From Marsupella aquatica (Eukaryota; Plantae; Marchantiophyta), in assembly GCA_973895155.1 (NCBI GenBank), contig OZ316892.1, forward strand, positions 26,373,233 through 26,437,232: 64,000 nt of DNA. Direction: 5' to 3'. A model generated the notes under the pieces. That model did no database searches. It saw only the letters and a program-made list of their open reading frames with translations, and was not told the DNA's origin. Positions 38,285 through 48,939 of this stretch are shown here, one piece after another. A program made the translations under genes and the position numbers. The stretch's first letter is position 1, and each line of letters starts with the position of its first letter.

Positions 38285-39752
38285 GAGTCAGAGACTGGAG
38301 TTGAGTGGCCTGTGTGTTGTGAGCCTCCTTCTGAGCTGGTGGCTTTTGTTGCTGCTTGGGCAATTTGTTGGCACTGGTTGCTTTGCCACTGGAAGGAGGA
38401 GCAACTGATGCAATAGGAGCCCTCCTAGCTGGTGGGGGAGTGGAAACAGGAGCAGAATGAGTGGCCTGTTGTCGTAGCTGCTTCCTCTCTGGGAATTTGG
38501 CAAAACAAACTGCCTCCAAGTGGCCCACTTTCCCGCAAAAATCACAAGATAGGTCCTTAGCAACAATATCACATTCATTAGCCTTGTGATTAGGATTGCC
38601 ACAGTAGTTGCAAGATGGCAGCATGAAAGCAGCATGTGCTGGTTTGGTCTTGGAAGCATACTGTGGCACACGGGAAGGGGTGGCCATTGTAGGAGCAGCA
38701 GCCTGGTACCTAGATCGCGGTGGACGCGCAATACTGGCCTCATAATGTGCATGGGCCAACTCAAGTTTCTCAGCAGTGTCGTAGACATTGAGCAATGTGT
38801 AGCTGTCTCCAAACTCTGAGAATACTTGCTGCAACACTTGTGAATGGAGAGCTGGTGTGCCCTCCAATGCACGAAGATAGCGATGAGCAGCTTCCAGGTC
38901 AGTGATGCTCTGGGTGTCCTCCTTCAGCTTAAGAAGCCGGCGATACATCATCTTCAAGGTTTCATCGTGCTGCCTCACAAAGGTCGCCAACTGCATGATT
39001 TTGTCAGCACTCTTGATTGGGAATTCCAATTCAAGAACCTGGAAAAACTCAGCCACTGGATCAGCAAAGGCAGGGGAATCAATGGTGGGAGAAATGCCTG
39101 ATGTAGCCTGTGCCAAGATAGTGGGAGTAATTGGTGTAGTGGTAGGAACTAGAGTAGGAGGGGAAGTGGCAGGAGCAGCAGCATGGGCTGCAATGGCATT
39201 CTGTAATGCCAATTGTGAGGCAGCCGCAATTGCACTGGCATAGGCAGGGTTAGGCAATTGTGTGACAGTAAGCAGCCGTTGAGAGTGCTGCTCATACACA
39301 TCCAAAGCCTCATGATGCACATACCTGGCTAGCTGCTTAAATGCAAAAGCATTTGTGAAATTGCTGCCATACTTCAACTCCAATTCGTAAACGACAGTGT
39401 AGAAAGTGGATTTGAACTCATGCAAAGAAACAGTGCCTGGCCGCCTGCTGAAGCGTTCAATGCGGCCAGATGAGTGGCTGGCGTCCATGCTGTATGTCGG
39501 TGAAGCAGGGACAACCACGGATGCAGAAGGGGTAAATGGCAATGAAGTGATAGCAGGCTTGGGAGTAGTGGTGAAGCGACCGCCAAATGGAGCAGAAGGA
39601 TTGCGTGGTGTGGGTGCTACTGCTGTCTGTGGACGTCGTCGAAATTGCCGAGACTCCAATGAAATTGGCACCAATGGTCGTGGATCACTCCGTAAATGGT
39701 ACCTGGGTGTCGGTGGTGATGTGCTGCTACCTCCTGGCTCGTCAACTAACAT
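38007..39752 (-). CDS. Gag-like protein with two CCHC zinc knuckles
   Basis: 581-aa ORF with CNYCGNPNHKANEC and CDFCGKVGHLEAVC (CX2CX4HX4C); lies upstream of the protease. Confidence 0.88.
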   Translation of the reverse strand: MLVDEPGGSSTSPPTPRYHLRSDPRPLVPISLESRQFRRRPQTAVAPTPRNPSAPFGGRFTTTPKPAITSLPFTPSASVVVPASPTYSMDASHSSGRIERFSRRPGTVSLHEFKSTFYTVVYELELKYGSNFTNAFAFKQLARYVHHEALDVYEQHSQRLLTVTQLPNPAYASAIAAASQLALQNAIAAHAAAPATSPPTLVPTTTPITPTILAQATSGISPTIDSPAFADPVAEFFQVLELEFPIKSADKIMQLATFVRQHDETLKMMYRRLLKLKEDTQSITDLEAAHRYLRALEGTPALHSQVLQQVFSEFGDSYTLLNVYDTAEKLELAHAHYEASIARPPRSRYQAAAPTMATPSRVPQYASKTKPAHAAFMLPSCNYCGNPNHKANECDIVAKDLSCDFCGKVGHLEAVCFAKFPERKQLRQQATHSAPVSTPPPARRAPIASVAPPSSGKATSANKLPKQQQKPPAQKEAHNTQATQLQSLTHEGESLHAQLVNIKGKSTASAGPSQPAGHVQPIPSPGTTDSSAPLPRSFYGLPFDAHMGECVLSSAPQPGLTAEFSDSFCLPYCSHTPHCTG

Positions 39753-41063
39753 GCTGCATGCTCACCTGGGTGCCAATGGGAAAGAAACTGACAAGAAAAA
39801 GAAATGGCAGCCCCAAGGCTAGGAAATAAATGGTGTGAGCAGAAATGTGTCGAATGTGCAAACACACAGAAAAACCGTTGGCAAAGAAAAGACCCTTCAA
39901 AACTCCAAGTGTACTGGTGTTGTGCTTGCGGGATTGACTGTCTGATGAACATGCCGGGCCCTCAGCTTTATGCAGATGACACGTGGCGGCAGCAAAGAAA
40001 TCCAGAAAAATGGGCCCTTAAAAACGTAAACCTGGGCCCCCCTTAAGTGTATACATCTCGGCCCGATGTGGAACCGGAAAAAGAAACGGCAAGGGAGGGA
40101 GCGATTAGGGCCCAAATTAAGCCACGGGCTCAACGCCCTATGCGGATCACGAAGCGAAGGGTGAGGCAAGGCGAAAAGTAAAGAAACGGCCCCCTTAATG
40201 ATGGCTCGAGCCCTGCATAGGGCTTTGCGCCACCTCCTGGCTCCTCATGTGCTCCCGAAGAGAAGGGAGCGACTAACTCCCCTTCCCCTGCTTTAATTGC
40301 TTATTAGGGCCTCGTGCCCTCTCCTGGCACTCTCGCTCCCCCTCCTCTCCTGCTTTAATGAATGCTTCTGTGCCTGGCAGAGTGGCAGAAGGACTCCAGG
40401 GAAAGGAGTCGAATGTAACCCCCCCACTTTAATCCTCCATAGGGCCTCGTGCCCTCTCTCTCTCAGCTCTCGCTTGTACTCGCTCCCTCTCCCCTATTAA
40501 GTGTTGGCAACCGGGGGAAAGGAAATAAAACGGCGAGGGGGAAAGAAAGAAAACGAGTCCTAATCGAGTGGAGGGCACGATGCCCTATGCGCGTACCGGC
40601 GAGCAAAAGGAAAAGAAAACGGTAAGGGAAGGCTGTCGCCCCCGATGTGTATACACATAGGGAGAAGGGCGCAGTACAAACACAGCCGCGAGGCGGCAAT
40701 AAACCTGGCGTGCGACCCTTTACGGGGCTCCGAGCAAGAGTAAAGGCATCGACCTGCCACCCGTGGCTTGTAGCCGGCCGGAAGGTAGCATGGCGCAGGG
40801 AGGCGCTGAAGCAGCAGTTGGCAGCGGCCGGAAATGGAAAACCTGAAATCGAAGCGCGAAGGAAAAAAGTGAGGGGGGGGGGGCCTGTTTGACTTAAGTG
40901 TATATACTTAAGTGTATACACAAAAGCCATAACTTCCACCCCATCGCTCAATGTTTTTCCATAGAAATTGCACCGGCATCAGCGGAAAAGCGTCAACTGT
41001 CTCGAGCAATTGAGAAGCACAGCGTCTCCGATCTTCTTCCCTTCACCGCTAACCCGGCGACAA

Positions 41064-41077
41064 AGTTCTTCTTGAAT
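41064..41077 (-). other. Putative self-priming primer-binding site
   Basis: Perfect 14-bp reverse complement of 41214-41227, at the inner edge of the 5' repeat B; no TGG tRNA-type PBS there. Confidence 0.75.
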
Positions 41078-41428
41078 AAAAGGCGTGATAGAAACAAGTG
41101 TACTGAAATCGAAAACCGGCGGGATGCCAAGATCGGCCGGGAGCATCTAACGAATGACTGTGTGAATCCCGTGTACGGAACCGGCGAGCACTGTCTGAGC
41201 TCTGTCAACAGCGATTCAAGAAGAACTGAAAACCCACAAAGAAAGACATGCCCTAAGCCAGCAAAGTCCTGGCGTCACACTAACAAGCACATTTGCTTCA
41301 AGAACGGCCCAGACTTGCTACAAGAACATGTCACTAACTCAGGTAGTACACTAGCCTTAACTACATACCTAGCGGGCAGGCGAGGGACATGCCGATATGC
41401 ATAAGAGGCACTGTCCCTCAGCATGACA
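41076..41428 (-). repeat. Repeat B, 5' terminal copy (353 bp)
   Basis: Begins TGTCATG on the minus strand; homology to the internal copy stops exactly where A would begin. Confidence 0.95.
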
Positions 41429-42664
41429 ACCATATGTTATCACATTTTTTATGTGTGATTACAGTAAAGTCTTTCTTTGCCCATGTGTGTATGCTTTTTT
41501 GTTAAGAACCTAGACCTCATCTTTAGAAGGTCTAAAAGAATGAGGCAAATGGCTGCTTGATTTCAGGGAGTTGCATTTATTGCTTCCAGACCTGACACAT
41601 TTTGGTAAGAAGGCCCCGGTCTAGACTTGCCCGACAAATAGAGCCTTCAGAGGCCGTCAAAAGGCAAGTCGGTACCCAGACCATCCCAGTCTCCAGATCC
41701 TGGTCTCGATGTCATCTTCCCAGCCTGGCCCGGCCATGACCTCCCAGCCCGAGTTCCTCTCTCTCTCCCCCTCCCCCGGGCCCCATCCCCTGGTCTTGCC
41801 CCCATTTTGACTCCCCCGGTCCCAGCCCCAGCCCCTTCCCCCGGTCCCCCCCTTTATGTATGGTACTCCCGGCCCAGGCCCGGCCCAGGCCCGGCCCACC
41901 CCCGCCTGACCCGGACCCGGACCTGGCCTCCCTCCCCTCACCCGGCCCGGCCCTGGACGGGGCAGGCCGGGTCCGGGGCCAGGTGAGGGGAGGGGCCGGG
42001 CCGGGTGCCAGGCAGGGCCAGGTCCGGGAGGGGAAAACAGGCAGGGTCCGTACGAGGCCGGGTCTTCGCCAGGACGAGTTCGAGCCGGGCCGGGGAATAA
42101 GTGCGGATATCCATCAAATAGAGGCTTTTTAGTTTGGCAAATGCAGAGTTTACATACCGGGCAACTCGGCAAGTTGCCCTCACTAAGGCCCCCTGGGCAT
42201 TGAATTATAGTAATAATGTTATCTTGATCGTGAGATAGATATAAAGGGGTCATTGTGCACCGTTTCCACGCCCAATACGTCCCTCTCTTGACATCCAATT
42301 ACCAGGCCAACTCACTGACTTCCCGTTGTGTCAAAGTGCCTGGCCATTTAGCATATGTTAGTCAACATTTCAACATCACTTACCATCAACAATCGTGTGC
42401 AACACACAAGCATCGGACACTCTAAAAATAATAATTTGCAATTAAAATCTGCTAGGCATGACCTACATCATAATTTCTCTGCAATAGAAAATTTTGATAT
42501 GTAGACCATGCTTGTGAGTATGGGTGCACATGGGAGTTTGGGCAAGGGTAACCCTTCATGTGCATATGCCACTGGTATTTGAGGTAGTTTACTTTCAAGA
42601 GCCAAACAAAGCAAAATCTTAATAACAAATTGAGATGAGAAGGTTCAGATGTAGGCTTCGAGAG

Positions 42665-42940
42665 TGAAGCCTAGATCAGTTGGCCAGGGGATTAGCCTGG
42701 AATAGAGAGGTCCCAGGTTCAATCCGCTCTCCACATCAAGGGTTGCGGAGGGTGAGGGTGATATGTGTGTGTGTGGGGCCGGGGGGGGGGGGGTAGCCGG
42801 CTTTGGTCTCTGGTCCAACTCTCTCTCCCTCCAGGTATGACCCCCCTTGTGGGCTTCCTTACAGAGGTGCATGCTCTAGAGTTGATTGTTTATCCTCTGA
42901 TGTCTGGCTGGGTCAACTTTTGATTTCAAAACACACAAAT
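42665..42940 (+). mobile_element. tRNA-derived SINE, copy 1
   Basis: Pol III box A-like TAGATCAGTTGG (~42672) and box B GGTTCAATCC (~42716). Body homologous to 57456-57768 (minus). A-rich end. Boundaries approximate. Confidence 0.75.
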
Positions 42941-43280
42941 AGAATGAAGTCTCTAGACCGTGACACTAATAAGACCCGACCACAATTTATGTGGATGGAA
43001 AGAAGGAGGGTATTTTATATAAGATGAAATGATGATCATGCCCCATTTGTCATCATCTCTATTACCATTTGAAAGAATGGGCATTCAGGATCGTGAAATA
43101 AAAACAAGAAAAGGTCAAGATAGTGGTTGTTGGACGTTTTTCAATGTTTTCAAATCATTATCCTCATTGACCATAACTGGTATGACTTTTTCGTCGAGTA
43201 ATCCAGGAGCTAGAGTCGTTGCCCCATGGCCCATGAATCTTCTCAGTACACCTTTTCCTCTCTCCACTAAGTACAGGAGG

Positions 43281-43334
43281 ACTATACTATACTATACTAT
43301 ACTATACTATACTATACTATACTATACTATACTA
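43281..43334. repeat. (ACTAT)n microsatellite
   Basis: About 10 perfect units. Confidence 0.95.
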
Positions 43335-43929
43335 GCGTTTTTTGCATTGCATTGGAATGGAGAGAAAATCCATCCATCCTACAGTCCATGCTTATCATGG
43401 AATTATGCAATTCTGTAGGGTAGCTCAAGGGGGTGGGGGTTGGGGGATGGGCTTGGTTATCCCATAGTAGGAGGGATAGAGGTAACTTTAAATCAGGGTC
43501 TCCTAGACAGTTAGTAGGGTAGCCAAGAGGGGAAATTGCCCAGGGGATCCAGCCGGGTGACCCAATACCAGAAGGGCAAGAGGATTAAACCAGGTTTGCA
43601 AAATCGGCAACCAGAGACCAAACAGAAAGTTACCTAGAACTCCCAACATTCCACCACGCACGCCAGGGTAGTGTTAAAGGGTTGTTTGCTTTTTCTATGG
43701 TGGCCGTGGCCAATGTCACAATGTATGAAGGAGTAAATGCTAAAAATTATCTTCTAAAATTTATTAGGTCAGTTTCTGGCAATTAGATCTCCCTAGATTT
43801 AAGGAGTTATCCCACTTAATCTGGCCAATGGGGTCTGTGGCTAATCCAAGACCAAAAGTCCAGAAAAACTTTAGTCAAATGTGGCTAAAGACTATTCAGT
43901 GACTTATCCCACATAATCTGGCTAATGGG

Positions 43930-44096
43930 GAGACATTTACTTGATGGACCCCCAAAATGCAAAGTGTTTCTTGATAGACCCATGAGTGATCCAGACCTTT
44001 GATAGATCTCAATCCATGTACCCAAAAGCTCATATGGTCTCATGGGGTCTATGAAGTAAGACATTTCAATTTAGGGGTCCATCAAGTATATGTCTG
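43930..44096. mobile_element. Fold-back MITE (Mutator-like) inside the second unit of a ~97-bp tandem duplication
   Basis: TIR AGACATTTACTTGATGGACCCC / GGGGTCCATCAAGTATATGTCT; inner IR ATAGACCCCATGAG / CTCATGGGGTCTAT; flanking direct repeat GGCTAATGGG (9-10 bp). Confidence 0.75.
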
Positions 44097-45142
44097 GGCT
44101 AATGGGTCTGTGGCTAATCCAAGACCAAAAGTCCAGAAAACTCTAGCCAAATGTGGCTAAGACTATTCAGTGGTGGTGGGATTTGGCCAATTTATGGGCA
44201 TGGGAAGAGTGAAATTGAATTTGGGACCTATTGGTTCCAGACCCATCCCCTGGCCAGCTGACATCAGCCAGCTGGTTACTGTAGTACTACTACTGTTTTG
44301 AGTTGCTTCCCAGCACTCGGGTCTCTCCGTCACTCGCAGCTCACAGACATACACAAACTCCACAGTCCTCATTCGGCACCCAGAAAAGCAGAGAGTTGCT
44401 GGAGAACGATCACCAACCCGACCGCACATTTTGAGTGCAAGCCATTTGAGTTCAGTCGAGTTGAGTTGACTGAGCTCCACAGTCTTCAACTTGCTGATTG
44501 AGGAGGGGAAATTAGTGGAACGAGATTGAGTAAGTTGGTGAGAATGATGAAGGTTGTCAGTTTCTTCCTCTGATGGGAATGTGAGACTCGGATGAGAGTG
44601 ACGGAGGTTGTCAGGTTTCGTTGCATTGACCCTTCTGTGGGGTGGGCGAGGAGGACGGTGAGAACAAAGAGTGTGTTGATGCGGAAGGCCTGGCCCAACA
44701 ACAGCGTGGATTTGCACCAGATGGGTTGTGTTTGAGGCGATGGCGAAACTTTGAAACGCGCATTTGTCTTCGGTGCAGAGGGTGTCCTTGTTCGCTTCAT
44801 TTCGCAGAGTTTTTCTTCACTTGTGCAGGAATCAGCGGAGAGGGACGGACGGACGGATCGAAGAAACGTTGCCCTGGGAATGTGGGCTTGGAAGTGAATG
44901 GAGATCCTGCTGCAAGTTTACGATCTGGTTTACCCTACAGGTTGACAAGATGGGCGTCTTGCATTGAGCTGTTCCGAGTTTCTCATCAATGTGAAAAGAA
45001 AACAGGGCTTATGGAGCGTTTGAGGAGGATATTGGCGTTTGAGCAGATCGGAGGCTTGTAAAATATTGGTTTGTACAGGGATTTGAGGGATTTGGTCAGC
45101 TGAAGGGAACCCCACTTCTTCAACCTGCCTCCTGCCGATGAG

Positions 45143-46378
45143 ATGTCGTCTCTAGCCACTCTAATCAGCAGGGAGCTGGAGGGCTCGAGGTTGGAGGAGC
45201 AGCCCATGCTGCGCTTCGGTCAGGCTGGGCAGTCGAAGAAGGGAGAGGATTTCTATCTAGTCAAGACACGTTGTCAGAGGACTCCTACTGAAAACACTTC
45301 CTCGACCTTCAGCGTGTTTGCAATATTTGACGGCCACAATGGACGGGCGGCCGCTATATATTCGAAGGATAACGTTCTCAAGAATGTTCTCAGCGCAATA
45401 TCTCCTGGATTGAGTAGACAGGAGTGGTCAGCAGCGTTACCTCGAGCTTTGGTTGCTGGATTCGTGAAGACTGATAAAGAGTTTCAGAGTGAAGAGCAAT
45501 CGTCCGGGACAACCGTCACGTTTGTGGTTGTGGACGGATGGACTGTTACTGTGGCTTCCGTTGGGGATTCTCGTTGTATAATTGAATCTCAGGGCGTCAT
45601 TTCTTTGCTTACAGTGGATCACAGACTCGAGGTAAATGAGGAGGAGAGACATCGAATTAAATCGAGTGGCGGTGAGGTGGGTAGACTTAGTACTGTTGGG
45701 GGTGCTGAGATTGGCCCGCTGAGGTGTTGGCCTGGTGGGCTTTGCTTGTCACGATCTATTGGTGATTTGGACGTCGGGGAGTTCATTGTCCCAATACCAT
45801 TTGTCAAGCAGATCAAGCTACCATCTGCAGGAGGCAGGATTGTGATAGCATCTGATGGTGTTTGGGATGCTTTGAGTTCTGAGAAGGTGGCTAGAAGCTG
45901 TAGAGGGTTGTCTGCTGAGCTGGCAGCCAATCAGGTTGTGAAGGAATCATTGCGCTGTCGAGGATTGAGGGATGATACCACCTGTGTGGTGGTGGACATT
46001 CTTCCCCCTGTGAATGCAGTGAGTTTTGCAAAAAGGAAACCACAAAAAGGCTTTCTTGCATCAGTGCTCAGAACTCAATCTGGCAGGTTTTCTGGAAGAT
46101 CTGCAAACAGAATGATGGAAAGTGGCAAAGTGGAGGAAATTTTTGAAGAAGGTTCTGCTGCACTCTCTGAAAGGCTGGGACCTGGGAATTCGGTGCAGGG
46201 GCTGGAACAGTTAGTGTGCGCTGTTTGCCAGGCAGCCATCACACCAAGTGAAGGGATCTCAGTTCATGCTGGAACGTTTTTCTCCACTTGGGAGGGTCCT
46301 ATCTTGTGTGTAGACTGTAAGCGAAAGCAGGATGCCATGGAAGGTAAATCCGCAGTCTCGAGGATGAGTGGAGCGTAA
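45143..46378 (+). CDS. Protein phosphatase 2C (PPM family), 411 aa, single exon
   Basis: KKGEDF, AIFDGHNG, SGTT, VGDSR, TVDHR, LCLSRSIGD, IASDGVWD, GLRDDTT; C-terminal CAVCQ...CVDC pair. Confidence 0.96.
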   Translation: MSSLATLISRELEGSRLEEQPMLRFGQAGQSKKGEDFYLVKTRCQRTPTENTSSTFSVFAIFDGHNGRAAAIYSKDNVLKNVLSAISPGLSRQEWSAALPRALVAGFVKTDKEFQSEEQSSGTTVTFVVVDGWTVTVASVGDSRCIIESQGVISLLTVDHRLEVNEEERHRIKSSGGEVGRLSTVGGAEIGPLRCWPGGLCLSRSIGDLDVGEFIVPIPFVKQIKLPSAGGRIVIASDGVWDALSSEKVARSCRGLSAELAANQVVKESLRCRGLRDDTTCVVVDILPPVNAVSFAKRKPQKGFLASVLRTQSGRFSGRSANRMMESGKVEEIFEEGSAALSERLGPGNSVQGLEQLVCAVCQAAITPSEGISVHAGTFFSTWEGPILCVDCKRKQDAMEGKSAVSRMSGA

Positions 46379-48939
46379 AATCGACAGCTTGTACCTGCTC
46401 ATATCATCGCTGCAAAGCCAGACTCAAAAATCATATCGCGGTAGAGAATCAAGTGCCGAAATTGATTTCTCTGCAGTTGGGGGAATTTGGAATTTTAGCA
46501 AAGGAGGGTTTCTATGTATGGTCGCAAAACCGAGTCTGTCGCATTTGGGAGTAAGCACGCAATGAGTTCTCTCTCCTTTGTCCTCGCAACCAATCTTAGA
46601 GCTGATACTTCGAGTGGCTGCTTGAGAAGCTGATACTCACGTTGTCAATAGAGCTGGTCTAAGGGTGAGTTGATAGAAAATTAAATTCATTCAGGCTTCA
46701 ATAAGACCTCATCTTCGCTTCTTTGCCTTATTAGAAAGGAAGGGCCAAACTTGGGGGTGCAAACTAGGTAGCCAAGCTACAAGAAATGCTTGGATGCAGT
46801 TTGACTCGTTTTGTTTTGCTAAACTCTAGGTAGCGCCCAGGAAATATGAACCTTTAGGCAAACCTCATGGAGACTTGTGAGTGCAATTAGTTTGAATTGT
46901 CATCGACCAAACCTGTGTTGGATTGGTGAGCACTGGCCACCTAAACATTGCTTCGTCCAGAGGTATCATTTCTGATAACAGCTGTGCTCTATTGATGCAA
47001 TTATGCACGACATGAGACGATGAGAATAGGTGCTGTTAGTGTCGTTCAGTGGGCTCTGTCAAATTTATAAAATAGTGAGATTCTCTTGTGTTCAAATCAA
47101 CAGCAGCCTTGTAAAGTTTGGGTCAAATCGGTCTCAACAATCCCAGCTGTGAGACTTTCCATCAATTCCTGTTACGTTAGGTCAGATATAGTCTCTTCGG
47201 TTGCTGAATGTCTTCACAACCCCTCAGGTATTCAATCAGCAGTGGTCACATTCAATCTAACAGTTGGAGATCTTTTACAAGGCCTTGCTGGGTTTGGTTT
47301 CGTTCTTTCTGGGTTGAAATGTCTTATGAAACTCACTACTGATGCTTTGCAAGGTAGAGATGACTTCCCAAAGACGAAGGCATCTCAATGCTCTAGCAAC
47401 TCTCAAGCAAACATTACAAATTTGTTTGCCAATTCTAATCGTAACACAGTGCTCCGAGAACTAAAAGATGAAGCGACGCCGATTGTATAGTCCCCTAGAC
47501 AACAGTAATGACATTGTTCACTCTGGTGGAATACTGTAGATCGTAACTGAATACAGGAATCAGTCCGGTTCGCGTTCAGAGCCATGGAAGACCCCTGCTT
47601 GTCATCACACATCAAAATGTGGCTGCATTCATTGATTGAAAGAAAATTCATTGATTGAAAGAAAAAAACTAAGGTTATCACGGTATGCACGGGTGTGGGA
47701 CATCGTATATGTCATATTTTGCCATGGAAGACCTTGAAAGCAAATAGGTTTGCTAGAGGCACCAGGGAGAATCGACGTACGGCATTAATTGCCCAAGGGG
47801 ACCTAATCTAATCATTGGAGCAGATATGGACACTTCACATTAAACTGGAATAACCGGTAACATCCAGGGAAAAAGAGGAACTTTATGCAACTGTACGGGT
47901 GGGAAACAGTTAACCAGTCTTCCCTCTGCTTCCTTGTAACTCTCGTCTTTAGTAAACGCCATCGTTGTATTTTAGATGAACTCAGTGGCGATATGGCCAG
48001 GACTTGGTTCACAATTTGTCATCAATTTAGGCAGGGCGCTAAAGAATTACTGGACGAGGGAGTTGAGACGTGAGTGCTTAAGGAGCCAACACGGCCACTG
48101 AAGTCTACTGTCTAAGTAATTCATCAGTTTGGCGAAGCAAGAACAATTTGACAGCAAACTTCCCTGGAAAAGAGACGATGTGTGTTACTTCCATGACCAT
48201 AATGAGTTCCAAAAAGGTGAATCTCTCCACCAAAATTGGAAGTCGTACTCTCAAGAAGTAAAGATGATCTCTGGTGCAAATGTACAGATAGACTGTCTCC
48301 AAGACAGCCCCGTCTGCTCTAAAAATTCAGGTAGATTTTGCCATTAAGGTAAACAGGCAACTTACAAATCTAATCCACTGATCGTCGAACAGTAACATAA
48401 AATTGTTCGGGATTAAATGTATGCTTTCCCTAGACTGAAATGCTCATTTGTCTCACGACATGCAACATTAAGTAATCCTCCTTAACCTGCCGCCAAGAAC
48501 GCAGAAGTTTGTCCGCAATCCAATAGAGACTTCACGAAGAAAAGTCACTTCCTGAACCATGTCGGTTGATCTCTTGAAACTGCAACTAAATTCACAGCAG
48601 GGAGGCTAGACATCTGAAAGCCCAGCTCCCGCAAAAAAGAAACGAACCCTGACGCTTGTCCTCACCCCGACGACCACTACAAGATTGTTGTGAGCGATCT
48701 GGGCCTACAATGTGTACGCTACGGCACCATCGGAGCCGAGCCGAGGGGTTGGGCCCTATTTGCCCACAAGAATCTTCCCTGAGAATGCAGACACCATTTT
48801 CAACTACAATGAAAGGCAAACACTGGCATTTCAACTAATCGTCTATACTGAAACGGATGTTCAAAAAGCTCGGGAATCCAAGCCAGATTCTTCACAAGGG
48901 TCATAAGAGGACCTCTGCATCTATCTCTTCCGATACAAG

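Larger units (their letters stand above)
31666..41428 (-). mobile_element. Ty3/Gypsy-like retrotransposon with split (permuted) terminal repeats, DNA methyltransferase and PHD finger
   Basis: Termini TGTCATG...CACGACA (minus strand). 4-bp TSD ACCA (31662-31665, 41429-41432). Domain order gag-PR-DNMT-RT-RH-INT-PHD. Repeat order B(41428-41076), ORFs, A(32377-32202), GC, B(32199-31842), A(31841-31666). Confidence 0.95.

Noticed and set aside
31666-41428. DIRS/Ngaro tyrosine-recombinase element
   Set aside because: The repeat layout fits, but no recombinase ORF is recognisable. The element has an aspartic protease, an HHCC/DDE integrase, TG..CA ends and a TSD.
41657-42298. 213-aa Pro/Gly-rich ORF
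   Set aside because: Translation of low-complexity CCCGG repeats.
42665-42735. tRNA gene
   Set aside because: Box A/B are present, but I could not fold a convincing cloverleaf and the sequence continues into a SINE body shared with 57456-57768.
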